IMG/VR virus record: IMGVR_UViG_3300020045_003294
Coordinates: 1 to 32,689 of that record
Source of the DNA: a virus
Taxonomy: Duplodnaviria; Caudoviricetes
Reading direction: 5' to 3' (one strand)
Length of the DNA stretch: 32,689 nucleotides
Shown here piece after piece: positions 18,628 through 27,976 of the stretch; the first letter of the stretch is position 1; every line of letters starts with the position of its first letter. The notes beneath the pieces are model-generated. The model did no database searches. It saw only the letters and a list, made by a program, of their open reading frames with translations, and was not told where the DNA came from. Made by a program: the position numbers and the translations under genes.

Positions 18628-18779
18628 TGCTTCACCTTAAACAAATCAATAATTTTGTTACTATGAACGTTGGGATTAACTACCGCCCATGCCTTAAGTA
18701 ATCCCACCAGAATCCCTATACTATATGAGTAATTAGAAATCAACCATTTCCACCAATTATCTGATAAAATATCTATCAT
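18624..18779 (-). CDS. 51-aa hydrophobic protein (holin-like candidate)
   Basis: MIDILSDNWWKWLISNYSYSIGILVGLLKAWAVV... with ATGA overlaps at both ends. Confidence 0.65.
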   Translation of the reverse strand: MIDILSDNWWKWLISNYSYSIGILVGLLKAWAVVNPNVHSNKIIDLFKVKQ

Positions 18780-19162
18780 AGTTTGTCACCAACCATTTTT
18801 TTGTGGTACGATGAACTTCCGCCACAACAGACTCCCCAATACATCATCTTCCTGACAAACCATCCTTTGTTGCGGACAGTCATAGCTTCAAGGAACACAT
18901 CATTTGCTTGATCGAATGTTGTTTGAGGAATACTGTCAATCCGATACAAATAATCATGCAACACCGATTCCCTATGCGCCCTATCTCCAAATGCTTCATA
19001 AACAAATGGAACGCGGGGAACAGATGCAAAGTCTGTCTCGAATCCAGATGGGACTTCGATTAATCCTAATATATCAGATTGATAGCGTAAAGGAGATTCA
19101 AGCACCCACACAGTATCATCATCTTTCAATCTTGCATCGAGATCTGATAAGAATTTAGACAT
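18776..19162 (-). CDS. DUF1353-family protein
   Basis: VPSGFETDFASVPR, VLHDYLY and ANDVFLEAM motifs; probable start MSKFL at 19162. Confidence 0.85.
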   Translation of the reverse strand: MSKFLSDLDARLKDDDTVWVLESPLRYQSDILGLIEVPSGFETDFASVPRVPFVYEAFGDRAHRESVLHDYLYRIDSIPQTTFDQANDVFLEAMTVRNKGWFVRKMMYWGVCCGGSSSYHKKMVGDKL

Positions 19163-19200
19163 AGTATATTCCCTGCTATCAATCAATACAGTAAAACAAA

Positions 19201-19593
19201 TCACACCACGTTTGCCAACTGGATAAGCCTATCTATTTTAATAATAACAGCAGATTTGTAGGAATCAAACATCGTAATCGCTGAAATAGATACAGGTTTA
19301 TCGGTGTCAAGATATCCTGTTAAAATAACTGCGATCATTGCGTACTTACCACCGAATTGTTTAGATATTTCCATTATCAAAGCATCGTAAGTTACATTAC
19401 CAGCCAAGAAGAGCTTAATGGTCTGGAGTCCAGCAACTACATCAGGCTTGTATTGAGGATTGTTCTGCAATACCAACACAAAGGCTGTATCAGTTGCTAC
19501 ATTCACAGGAACACTTGCATTCATCCCCGTACATCCAGTAAGCAAACCTATAATCATAATCCCCGCAAATAACATTTTAACTTTTTTCATCAT
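19201..19593 (-). CDS. Lipoprotein in lysis cluster
   Basis: Basic N-terminus, hydrophobic core and lipobox LLTG-C. Confidence 0.8.
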   Translation of the reverse strand: MMKKVKMLFAGIMIIGLLTGCTGMNASVPVNVATDTAFVLVLQNNPQYKPDVVAGLQTIKLFLAGNVTYDALIMEISKQFGGKYAMIAVILTGYLDTDKPVSISAITMFDSYKSAVIIKIDRLIQLANVV

Positions 19594-19724
19594 ATCACCT
19601 CTTGCATTTCTTTGATTTTCGTTTCTTCCGCTTCTCTTTCTTCGCCGCTTCGATCTGCCTTACTCTTCCTGTCTTCGCCATTTAGTTTCCGTTCAAATTC
19701 GTCTAACCAATCAAAGAAGTCCAT
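19590..19724 (-). CDS. Small charged peptide (44 aa); an alternative-frame basic 28-aa ORF lies at 19595..19681
   Basis: MDFFDWLDEFERKL...QEVI, with its stop in ATGA overlap with the lipoprotein start. Confidence 0.45.
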   Translation of the reverse strand: MDFFDWLDEFERKLNGEDRKSKADRSGEEREAEETKIKEMQEVI

Positions 19725-19763
19725 AAAGTCTTTTCACCTTTTCACAGCCAGAATAAGAACATT

Positions 19764-20216
19764 TCATCCCTCCCGGATCATTTCTACAATTCGCACAGCA
19801 CGGCCCTTTACCTGCCTGAACCATTTGCTATTCTCGAATCCCCTTGCAGCATCCTCCCAGCGCCCCTCATAAATGGCCTTATTTGTGTTCTTGAAGGTTA
19901 AGGCAGTACCGACACCCACGTTATAAACAAAGTCAGCTAAGGCCACCTGACGGCGTTCTGTGTATGTTTCCAGCGAAGGATAGACTTTCAACGTTTGCTG
20001 AATAGCCTCGTCTACTGAAATATTCAAGAGACGTTCAGCCATTTCCGGGGTGATACTCCCGGCGTGTTGCAAATGGATTGCTATATCGGCAGGCATAGGT
20101 AATGCACCTATGCGCCATCCATAACCGATGGTGTTATACTTCTCCGTGTCTTTATAGACATGGAGCCTTAGACCTTCTTCGTGCCTCAGCATAGATTTTA
20201 GGAGGGTCTTGTTCAT
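19764..20216 (-). CDS. Endolysin, T4-type/GH24 lysozyme
   Basis: HEEGLRLHVYKDTEKYNTIGYG (E-x8-D-x5-T), FVYNVG and SKWFRQVKGRA. Confidence 0.93.
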   Translation of the reverse strand: MNKTLLKSMLRHEEGLRLHVYKDTEKYNTIGYGWRIGALPMPADIAIHLQHAGSITPEMAERLLNISVDEAIQQTLKVYPSLETYTERRQVALADFVYNVGVGTALTFKNTNKAIYEGRWEDAARGFENSKWFRQVKGRAVRIVEMIREG

Positions 20217-20217
20217 T

Positions 20218-20337
20218 TCATCCTCTCACCAACATGACAATCTGCCATATAAAGACAGCGATTGCGATCACTGCCACTACCAGCAAGCCGATGATAATCT
20301 TTCTCATTGTCTCCATAACTTGCTGATCCTGTAGCAT
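20218..20337 (-). CDS. 39-aa single-pass membrane protein (holin/antiholin candidate)
   Basis: MLQDQQVMETMRKIIIGLLVVAVIAIAVFIWQIVMLVRG. GAGG RBS; abuts the endolysin start. Confidence 0.65.
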   Translation of the reverse strand: MLQDQQVMETMRKIIIGLLVVAVIAIAVFIWQIVMLVRG

Positions 20338-20338
20338 A

Positions 20339-20470
20339 TTATTTCCTCAAGTCAGTAAAATATTTGCAAGGAACAACCACGTTCCATTTATCCTTTGGGC
20401 ATTCTTCCCTGTCCCGCTTACAGTTTCCTTCAGTCAGACTGCAACCATAGTATTCATATTTTATAAGCAT
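20339..20470 (-). CDS. 43-aa four-cysteine peptide
   Basis: MLIKYEYYGCSLTEGNCKRDREECPKDKWNVVVPCKYFTDLRK. GGAG RBS; fills the gap exactly. Confidence 0.6.
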   Translation of the reverse strand: MLIKYEYYGCSLTEGNCKRDREECPKDKWNVVVPCKYFTDLRK

Positions 20471-20476
20471 TAATAA

Positions 20477-20878
20477 TTATCTCCCGTTTCCGTGATGCTC
20501 GTCTATGTGATTAAGCACCGCTACCCGAACTTCCGTTATTTCACCACGGAGTTGCTTTGTCTTATCAAAGCATGTGTTCCTAATATCTATCATTTCTGCT
20601 CGCAATTTAACTTCTCGTTTTTCGCAAGCTTCCCATGTTACCTGTTCAGTGTTTGATTTTGCAAGAACTTTTAATTCAGCGGTAATGTCCCTGAGTGCTG
20701 ATACTACTGATTGCTTCCATTCTACTATAGCGTTTTCCTTTTCTTTTTCCAAGGCTGCAACGAGTTCTCTGTGGATGCTAAAATTACGCTTCAGCCAAAT
20801 ACCTAAGAACAAAACACACAAGGGTCCAATAAATACAGATAGCAACAAACTCCATTCAATAGTAAGGGTATTTTGCAT
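20477..20878 (-). CDS. N-terminally membrane-anchored coiled-coil protein (holin- or spanin-like candidate)
   Basis: One transmembrane segment followed by a charged helical region; GGAGG RBS; upstream of the endolysin. Confidence 0.65.
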   Translation of the reverse strand: MQNTLTIEWSLLLSVFIGPLCVLFLGIWLKRNFSIHRELVAALEKEKENAIVEWKQSVVSALRDITAELKVLAKSNTEQVTWEACEKREVKLRAEMIDIRNTCFDKTKQLRGEITEVRVAVLNHIDEHHGNGR

Positions 20879-20913
20879 TCAAAAGAACCTCCGTGATTTA
20901 TTCATTACCAGTA

Positions 20914-20988
20914 CTACCGTTCTTTTATTCTTTTATGCAGCCACGCCCATATGATAGCAGCGATGATAATGAGAACAACGTCAGTCAT
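20914..20988 (-). CDS. 24-aa membrane peptide
   Basis: MTDVVLIIIAAIIWAWLHKRIKER; overlaps the upstream stop. Confidence 0.5.
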   Translation of the reverse strand: MTDVVLIIIAAIIWAWLHKRIKER

Positions 20989-21265
20989 TCTTGCATTCTC
21001 CGCTCGGTATCAACTTCCCGCAATTCTGGCATATCTCTAAAGGGTTGTGCAGGATGATCTTTTCCAGCCCGTCGATCCGTCGATTCAACATGAGGTCATA
21101 ATTGCTCGGTGCCCGGTTTCGTTGCTCTGCCGGATGAGACATAAAGATCTGCATCGGCCATGTACAGAGTTCCACAAAAGATTTCCAGCAGATTGAACCG
21201 TAAGCCATTTTCGCCATGATTTCACTCTGAGTCTCAATCATCACAAGTACCCCCCCCATATCCAC
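20981..21265 (-). CDS. Hypothetical protein with C-terminal CxxC
   Basis: ORF in operon orientation; start uncertain. Confidence 0.6.
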   Translation of the reverse strand: MDMGGVLVMIETQSEIMAKMAYGSICWKSFVELCTWPMQIFMSHPAEQRNRAPSNYDLMLNRRIDGLEKIILHNPLEICQNCGKLIPSGECKND

Positions 21266-21306
21266 ACTTCACTAACAATTATCTTATGCAAGATACTATA
21301 TTAATA

Positions 21307-21852
21307 TTAAGCGTTAAGGTAATAACCACCAGCAACAACCGGACGCCATATAACCGTAATATTGGCCTCTGCTCCGGACCCGGCAGTAGCTCCAATAATT
21401 GTGAGTTGAATCTTCTTGGTAGCCGCGGTAACAGCAGGACCACGATAGACATTATAGTAATTTCCAGTAAGATTGGACTTTGCACCAAGGGTAGATGAAA
21501 ACAACACAATAGGGCTACCGTCATCTGTCTGAATTGATATGCCTGTAAATCCCGCCACAGCCGACAAATCATCTGGAATGTTAACAATAACCGCGTCGAT
21601 GAATAGGTTTTGAGTTGTGGCGGTCATCACGTCATAGGTTGATGCCGCTTGATTGAGGGATATTTGTTTGTAATTGACGGTGATATTATCCAAAGCAATT
21701 TTCTTGGGAACCCAGGCATAGCCATTCCATATCCACTCCCAAAGGTAATCGCTTTCGTAGAATTCGGAACCTATCCGTACCCCGGATGAAGGTTTCGTAT
21801 CGGTTGATGCGCCGATAAATTTGCTTATGTTTGCTAAGAGAGTGTATGACAT
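21307..21852 (-). CDS. Hypothetical, probably virion-associated beta-rich protein
   Basis: AGGAGG RBS. N-terminal FIGASTDTKP...GSEFYESD...WNGYAW module resembles those in phage structural accessory proteins. Confidence 0.65.
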   Translation of the reverse strand: MSYTLLANISKFIGASTDTKPSSGVRIGSEFYESDYLWEWIWNGYAWVPKKIALDNITVNYKQISLNQAASTYDVMTATTQNLFIDAVIVNIPDDLSAVAGFTGISIQTDDGSPIVLFSSTLGAKSNLTGNYYNVYRGPAVTAATKKIQLTIIGATAGSGAEANITVIWRPVVAGGYYLNA

Positions 21853-21870
21853 TGTGGCCTCCTGTATTCC

Positions 21871-22179
21871 TTATTCGCCAACAAATTTTTCATAAAGATC
21901 AAAATGACTATCGTTCAACTTCTTGTCTTTGCTTAGTTTTTTAAGAACATCAGCAATTACATCAGTTGCCTTTTCACCGATTGGAATATCTTTAGGAATA
22001 TCACCTTCCGATTTCCATTTTACCGTTCCTTCTGATTGCTCAAATTGTAATACCTTATGTTCATCTTCCGAGAATGACAAATCTTCTCGTAATTTGCGAA
22101 CGATTTTAAGAGTTGTAAAATCTCCTTCCTTGGGGAGGATGTTGAGGAGGATCAGTCTTTCGTAAACTTTTAGTTCCAT
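21871..22179 (-). CDS. Hypothetical protein (possible fibre assembly factor)
   Basis: Charged ~102-aa protein with AGAAAGGA RBS, downstream of the fibre-like gene. Function inferred from position only. Confidence 0.6.
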   Translation of the reverse strand: MELKVYERLILLNILPKEGDFTTLKIVRKLREDLSFSEDEHKVLQFEQSEGTVKWKSEGDIPKDIPIGEKATDVIADVLKKLSKDKKLNDSHFDLYEKFVGE

Positions 22180-22253
22180 GTTCAAATAAATCCTTTCTGT
22201 GAGATTTTTAAAGTGGGGAGGTATTTCACTCCCCGGTTGGTTGTTGGTTAATG

Positions 22254-22349
22254 TTAGTCGATTCCGGTTTTCTTTTTTTTAGGAATATCCTTTTTTGGTT
22301 CTTCTTTCGGATCTTCCTTTTTTATAATGGGATCATCTTTCTTTGCCAT
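22254..22349 (-). CDS. 31-aa Lys-rich peptide
   Basis: MAKKDDPIIKKEDPKEEPKKDIPKKKKTGID after AAAGGAG; followed by hairpin GGGGAG-TGAAATAC-CTCCCC. Confidence 0.65.
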   Translation of the reverse strand: MAKKDDPIIKKEDPKEEPKKDIPKKKKTGID

Positions 22350-22378
22350 AACTTCTCCTTTAGTTATTGTCAAACTAT

Positions 22379-23794
22379 TTATGAATCTGCATATCCAATC
22401 AGCCAGAAAATTGTATTCCCAACATGACATTTTATCCATGCATTTGCAGCCCCTACCATCGGATCAGATGTCGTGATACCGCAAGTGCCGGTTGCTGCAA
22501 AATTTAGAAAGTCATTGGCTACTGCGCCTGATAATCTAATAGCTGCATCCACCACCGCACCACTGTCAACCGCCAAGGCAAGCATCGAATCCAGACAAGT
22601 AACATCTGGGTAAACCTCAATCATCACACCATCAAACTGAGCCGTAACGGTAGATGCACCCTCAATGTGGAAATGACCGGCATTAACTGTGGTTGCCGTG
22701 AAATTGCCAGTATTGACATCGCATTTGGCAGAAAGAGCGGACATTGCCGTTACCGCACCTGTACCAAAATGAGACACCCAAGGCTGGCTCCCGTAAAGTT
22801 GGCTGACAACCGTCGTTGATCCCGCCTCAGTGCCAACGTATGCTCTTGAAGCATGGCCTACTGCCGTCGTTCCACTATCTCCGGCTCCGGAAAAAGCTAC
22901 CTTAACATACGATCCAAGCAAATCATCACAATCACCAGCTCCCGCGCTCTGGAGGATGTTGATTGTGTGAGCACAAACCGTCGCGCCAGGATTCGCATTG
23001 AGGATCATGGGGGCCGAAAGATCTCCCATGTTGAACAAGCCGATTCCGGTTGTGGTTTCGTCAAATTCCATAGTAATTTTGGTTTCTGCGGTTGTTTTGG
23101 TAGTTCCGATGGTGAAATTCATATCGTCAGCCATATTGACTGTACCACCAATCCAAGCATTACCACCTATCCCCGCACCGCCAGCACAAATCAATGATCC
23201 CGTAGTTGCGCTTGTTGATGCAGTAGTGCCAGCAATATTGAGAACCGTAGACGTTCCAACCAACAACAGACTATTTGCGGACTGATCCCACAGCATGTAG
23301 TTACCATTCGTGGTCCCGTAAGCACAAAGATCATTACCTTTTGACCCACCAGATGCGCCAACCGACAACACACCATTGGTATCACCATCCGGATTCCAAA
23401 ACACTCCGCATCCGGTTGTCGCGCCATAAAGATTTACCAGAACACCCTTGGTATCGGCACCAAAATAAAAAGCGCCGTTGGTGTCTCCGTTGGCATCCCA
23501 CCAAGCTTTATAGCCTGTTACTGCGCCGTATAAAGTGAAATCGACACCGGCAGCATCCGCACCAAGAACAGGAGCGATACCCAACATGGTCATCGTTCCC
23601 GCGCCAGCATCAATAATAAACGATTTTGATCCGGTTGCGTAAAACTGGAAATCAATATCTTGAGAAGTACCACCGATTTTTACGGCAGAAGTTCCAAGGG
23701 TAAAAACATCTCCCGTTGCGGACTGTCCTACTGCGCCTTCGTAGAAAATAAGACTTCCGCTTGACCATGTGCTCTTGATATTTGTTAATGGCAT
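22379..23794 (-). CDS. Putative head fibre/spike (Gly/Ala/Thr-rich beta-repeat protein)
   Basis: 471 aa, two genes after the major capsid, with internal ~34-aa repeats and an AAAGGAGG RBS. Confidence 0.65.
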   Translation of the reverse strand: MPLTNIKSTWSSGSLIFYEGAVGQSATGDVFTLGTSAVKIGGTSQDIDFQFYATGSKSFIIDAGAGTMTMLGIAPVLGADAAGVDFTLYGAVTGYKAWWDANGDTNGAFYFGADTKGVLVNLYGATTGCGVFWNPDGDTNGVLSVGASGGSKGNDLCAYGTTNGNYMLWDQSANSLLLVGTSTVLNIAGTTASTSATTGSLICAGGAGIGGNAWIGGTVNMADDMNFTIGTTKTTAETKITMEFDETTTGIGLFNMGDLSAPMILNANPGATVCAHTINILQSAGAGDCDDLLGSYVKVAFSGAGDSGTTAVGHASRAYVGTEAGSTTVVSQLYGSQPWVSHFGTGAVTAMSALSAKCDVNTGNFTATTVNAGHFHIEGASTVTAQFDGVMIEVYPDVTCLDSMLALAVDSGAVVDAAIRLSGAVANDFLNFAATGTCGITTSDPMVGAANAWIKCHVGNTIFWLIGYADS

Positions 23795-23888
23795 AATAAC
23801 CTCCTTTCCGTGCCGAAGCTATAGGGGCGGTTCCCCTGTAAAGTGGTAGAGTAGATTATATTTTAAACCTACCCTACCCGTGGTTTAA

Positions 23889-24386
23889 TTACGCAGCCAG
23901 AACCGTAGCAGAACCCTGACCGGGATAACGATAATCAGCAATCGCAAATCCGCTAACCGTACCAGTAACGCTTGTGGTTGTGGTAAATTTACAGGTCAGC
24001 CAATCATGATCATTGGCAGAATCCATATCCGCAATATCCACTTCCACAATCAACATAAAGTTGCTGTAAGAGCCATAGGTAAGAGTCAGAGTGGATGCGC
24101 TGGTCCATGCCGCAAGAACATCACATGAAGTGGCAGATCCAGCCGTTGCCGTACCAAGGGCTGCACCACCAAAGGCGTAATTAAATCGCATGGCCGTAGT
24201 GCAAGCCGCGTCTGAAGTCCCAGAACAAACGGTAAGAGTGGATGATGCACCGCCAAGGGTATTTAGAATAAAGCAAAACGTAACCTTATTCACGAGATCC
24301 TTTGCGTAAATTGAATCTGTATAAACGGTGCTGGAAAGATCAATCTCTTTAGCCACCGGGATGATTTTGTATTTCTCGCTATTCAT
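23889..24386 (-). CDS. Putative capsid decoration/cement protein
   Basis: 165 aa, beta-rich and A/S/T-rich, immediately after the major capsid; strong RBS. Confidence 0.65.
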   Translation of the reverse strand: MNSEKYKIIPVAKEIDLSSTVYTDSIYAKDLVNKVTFCFILNTLGGASSTLTVCSGTSDAACTTAMRFNYAFGGAALGTATAGSATSCDVLAAWTSASTLTLTYGSYSNFMLIVEVDIADMDSANDHDWLTCKFTTTTSVTGTVSGFAIADYRYPGQGSATVLAA

Positions 24387-24407
24387 TTTAAATCCTCCTT
24401 TGTTGAG

Positions 24408-24436
24408 TATATGAGGGGATTTTCACCCCTCTATAT
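24408..24436 (-). other. Stem-loop after major capsid gene
   Basis: GAGGGG-TGAAAAT-CCCCTC core with ATAT flanks. Confidence 0.55.
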
Positions 24437-24450
24437 GTGTTTCAATTAAC

Positions 24451-25785
24451 TTAGCTTGCCGCCAGAATTACAAACGGTCCCTGCGTTGCCGTAGCCCCAC
24501 CCTTATAAGGCGTAAGGGTCTTGTTCCGGATAGGCGCACCGTCAAACCGATAAATCCACCGGAACGTCTGCTCGTCGTACAGGAATCGAACATGGATAGA
24601 AGCCTGAGCGTCGATCCCACCCTTGGTAAGCAGGAGGTACTCATTCAGATCGGCAAGGATAATATCGCCAGCCGTACCAGGTGCCTGACACTGCTCAATG
24701 GGGATAATGGGCTTGTTAAGCAGGGTCATGTAAGGCTGACCAGCCGCACCGTTCGGAGGCAGGAACACCGGGGTCGATGCCGTACCGCCCGTAACAGTCA
24801 TGAGCATAATGTGGGGAAGCAAGGCCCGATTAATGAACCACACCGCACTTGGATCAGACGATGAGAGAAGGCGAGCGTACATACGCACGATATTCTCATA
24901 CATGATCTTATCCGTAGCCGTACTACGATTCTGACCGGTTTCAACAGCTTGAGTAACCGTACAACCAGCGGGAATGATTCCAGAGGCATGACCAGCGCCA
25001 ACACCATTGACAATCTCATCATCGATCTTAAATCCGAATTCCATCGGGAACCATCGATTGACAACAGCGGCAAGCTGAGAAGAATCCTTCAGGACATCAC
25101 CAGTTGCGTAGAAAATACCCATACAGTCCTTGAGTTTCCAGTTTCCTTCCCGGAATTTGGGCTTACTGGCAGTAACTGTATCTGCCTCAGCCTTCATATA
25201 AACCTGAATCCCACCAAAGCGTGATCCCGTAGCCCGTGATGTCTCGTCGATAAGATTAAGCTCAAGTGCATTGCTATTTGCCGAACATGGAACATTAAAG
25301 CATCGCTGAGACAAAAGTCCTGTCGCAATGGAACCACGATCAAGCATATTCGCTTTATCTGTTTCCACAAGGAATCCACCCTCGGAAGGAACAAGCTCAT
25401 TGGCACCAGAAGCTGCATCTGCACGAACTTTACCGAGCCGGTCAATGGCCTCTGCGCGTCTGGACATGGAAAGATCAGGGTTAACAGCAGCAACAATATC
25501 CAGAAGCTGTTCACCAATGTTTCCATAAACAGATTTCTTTTTACCGTCACCTTCGCCGCCACCAGGAGCCTGCATTTTTGCAACAGCAAGTTCAATGGAT
25601 TCAAGCTGGGTTTTCATGGTAGCAATAGCCGTTACATCTTCGGCAATAGTTCTTACCTTCGCTTCCAAAAGCGGATCGGTATGGCCTTTACCTTCAAGGT
25701 CTTTCAGGCGTTTTTCATTGTCAGCCCTAAAAGCCTCCAATGCTTTGCCCTGATCTTCAATAAGTTTCTTAATCTCTTCAGACAT
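24451..25785 (-). CDS. Major capsid protein, HK97 family
   Basis: N-terminal coiled-coil delta domain, EGGFLV, IVNGVGAG...GI, LLNKPIIPIEQC...GDIILADL; follows the protease. Confidence 0.95.
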   Translation of the reverse strand: MSEEIKKLIEDQGKALEAFRADNEKRLKDLEGKGHTDPLLEAKVRTIAEDVTAIATMKTQLESIELAVAKMQAPGGGEGDGKKKSVYGNIGEQLLDIVAAVNPDLSMSRRAEAIDRLGKVRADAASGANELVPSEGGFLVETDKANMLDRGSIATGLLSQRCFNVPCSANSNALELNLIDETSRATGSRFGGIQVYMKAEADTVTASKPKFREGNWKLKDCMGIFYATGDVLKDSSQLAAVVNRWFPMEFGFKIDDEIVNGVGAGHASGIIPAGCTVTQAVETGQNRSTATDKIMYENIVRMYARLLSSSDPSAVWFINRALLPHIMLMTVTGGTASTPVFLPPNGAAGQPYMTLLNKPIIPIEQCQAPGTAGDIILADLNEYLLLTKGGIDAQASIHVRFLYDEQTFRWIYRFDGAPIRNKTLTPYKGGATATQGPFVILAAS

Positions 25786-25787
25786 GA

Positions 25788-26729
25788 TTATTTTCCTCCT
25801 GTAAGTATGTTAATGTTTGATTTGAGTGCCGCAATAATAGATGGATCAATAATGTTGGTTGTAATTGCGGGTGGACCTGATTTTGTGTTAATACCTTCCG
25901 CATCTTCCGCATGATCGTCAACATTTCGCTGATCTTCATCCGTGTTATTTCCACGTTGCGCGGTTATAACCGAAGCGGCCAATTTAGCTTCAGAACGTGA
26001 AGCACCCGCATTTCGCAAGGCACGTTCAAATTCTTTACGGGTAATTGTGTGTTTATCTTGGTTTAGCAAATCGTCTGGTATTTCACCGAAGATGGATAAA
26101 TCATATTCTGCTTTTACTGACTTCCCAGTAACTATCTCATCTATAAATCCATGCTCCTTGGCTTCCTTCGCAGACATATATGTAGTGTCTTTCATCATTG
26201 AGCATATTTCTTTTTTAGACTTCTTGGTTTTCTGCTGGTAGGCACCCATAATGACTTCATTGTCAATTTTAGAAAGGAACTCAGATAATTCAGCAAATTC
26301 ATACTGATTGCCCATAGCTATTGTCCACGCACAATGTATCATTAGCATTGTGTTATCGTATGCCTGCACCTTCTTACCGGCCATTGCAATAACAGATGCT
26401 ATAGATGCTGCCAACCCCTCAATGCGGACAGTTACATTACCGCCCTTATGTGAAGATAAGCTGTTGTATATACTAGCTCCGTCAAATACGTCTCCTCCAG
26501 GAGAATTTACACGAACAAGCACATTACCCATAGTTGATAACGCTTGGACAAAATCGCGGGGATCGTTGTAAGGCCAACCAATGTAATCGAAAAGTAATAT
26601 CTCTGATGGTTCATCATCTTCTGGTTTCTTCGCAGCGATGACCTTAAACCATTCTTTATTATCAAGAGGCTTGTTGTGTATTGCTGAAATTGCCTGTGCG
26701 TTGGCTTGGGTACGATATGATAATTTCAT
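25788..26729 (-). CDS. Prohead protease, ClpP (S14) family
   Basis: NSPGGDVFDG, GLAASIAS, MLMIH and EHGFIDEI motifs. Confidence 0.95.
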   Translation of the reverse strand: MKLSYRTQANAQAISAIHNKPLDNKEWFKVIAAKKPEDDEPSEILLFDYIGWPYNDPRDFVQALSTMGNVLVRVNSPGGDVFDGASIYNSLSSHKGGNVTVRIEGLAASIASVIAMAGKKVQAYDNTMLMIHCAWTIAMGNQYEFAELSEFLSKIDNEVIMGAYQQKTKKSKKEICSMMKDTTYMSAKEAKEHGFIDEIVTGKSVKAEYDLSIFGEIPDDLLNQDKHTITRKEFERALRNAGASRSEAKLAASVITAQRGNNTDEDQRNVDDHAEDAEGINTKSGPPAITTNIIDPSIIAALKSNINILTGGK

Positions 26730-27976
26730 TCTTCATCCTCCTTGTCGGGAGATTCTTTTGTTGGTTTAACTTTGTCTGATTCCTTTATAGTGCTTGTACG
26801 TGTCCGATACTCGTCTCCACCCTTGTACGGAGGCATCTCCATTTTTTTACGTGCTTCATTAGGAGAAATGATTTCCGTATTAATGCCAAGCTGGAACCCT
26901 TCCATCCGAGTCTTAAAATCTCCTCTTAATAAAGCATCTACGTTAAATTTAACAAAATACTTCTTCCGTTCCGCTTCGGTCATTAAATCGGATTGGATGG
27001 TTTTTTCATAATTCCTGCAATCAGGAGCAACGCCTACGGTAGTGTAATTGATCATAAATTGTTCTGCTGAAGCGTATGTCGGCGTCTTGTCACCAGATTG
27101 GATAAGCATCAAAGGGACACGAAAGAGGCCACAAATCTGAGCCTCGTTCATCTTCATTAATTCAAGATATTGAGCATCAACAAGTTTAATTTGCGGAAAC
27201 TGAATCTTCATCCCATTGTCAAGGAGCATCAAATCTTGAGAATTAGCCAACCCCCCATATTTACGCTTATACGCTTCCCATAAATTAGCATGAGTAACAG
27301 GATCTAAACTTTGAGGATATTCAATAATGGCACTCGGATGAAGACCTTTCCCAAAATAATTAGAAAGGAATCTCGTACTTGATGTCCCTACTCCTACTGT
27401 TTCTCTTGCATATTCGATTGGATTAACACCGGAAATGCCGTCAAATGTAAGCAACCCCCGAATGTGCATGATATCTACTTGTGAATATTGTCTTGTTTCA
27501 CCGTTACCTAAAGAAACATGATATGTTAAAGAATAATCCTTGTGTTGTTCTATCTTTTGTACTTTATCTGTAATTGGTATTAATCCAAGTACCGGCCTTC
27601 CGGGGATACCAATTTTGTAAGCAATAAAATTTCCTCTCATGCAAACAAAGGCTTCAACCATTGCCCAAAATATCGGTGACTGCATCCACGAATTAGGACG
27701 ATCATTAAGTAAATGGTAAAGATAGAAATCAGTTGCTTCTTTAAAATCATCCCCACCTAAATTCTCAAATGTATGAATAGGCAAAGATGATATAGTCGCT
27801 GACCTTACTCTAACGCAATTCTGGACCGTAATGAGCCTCATCGCGGTATCGGATGTATATGGCAATCCAGGAAGCAAAGGAGACGACCCACCGTAAAAGC
27901 TACCACCAGGATAATACCAAGAATCATCCGTAGGCGATAATGCTTTAGGCCGGAATGCTTTAGAGAATATTCCCAT
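26726..27976 (-). CDS. Portal protein, HK97 family
   Basis: LLNDRPNSWM, IMHIRG, DAQYLE, ICGLFRVP, FNVDALLRGD and SPNEARK motifs. Confidence 0.96.
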   Translation of the reverse strand: MGIFSKAFRPKALSPTDDSWYYPGGSFYGGSSPLLPGLPYTSDTAMRLITVQNCVRVRSATISSLPIHTFENLGGDDFKEATDFYLYHLLNDRPNSWMQSPIFWAMVEAFVCMRGNFIAYKIGIPGRPVLGLIPITDKVQKIEQHKDYSLTYHVSLGNGETRQYSQVDIMHIRGLLTFDGISGVNPIEYARETVGVGTSSTRFLSNYFGKGLHPSAIIEYPQSLDPVTHANLWEAYKRKYGGLANSQDLMLLDNGMKIQFPQIKLVDAQYLELMKMNEAQICGLFRVPLMLIQSGDKTPTYASAEQFMINYTTVGVAPDCRNYEKTIQSDLMTEAERKKYFVKFNVDALLRGDFKTRMEGFQLGINTEIISPNEARKKMEMPPYKGGDEYRTRTSTIKESDKVKPTKESPDKEDEE

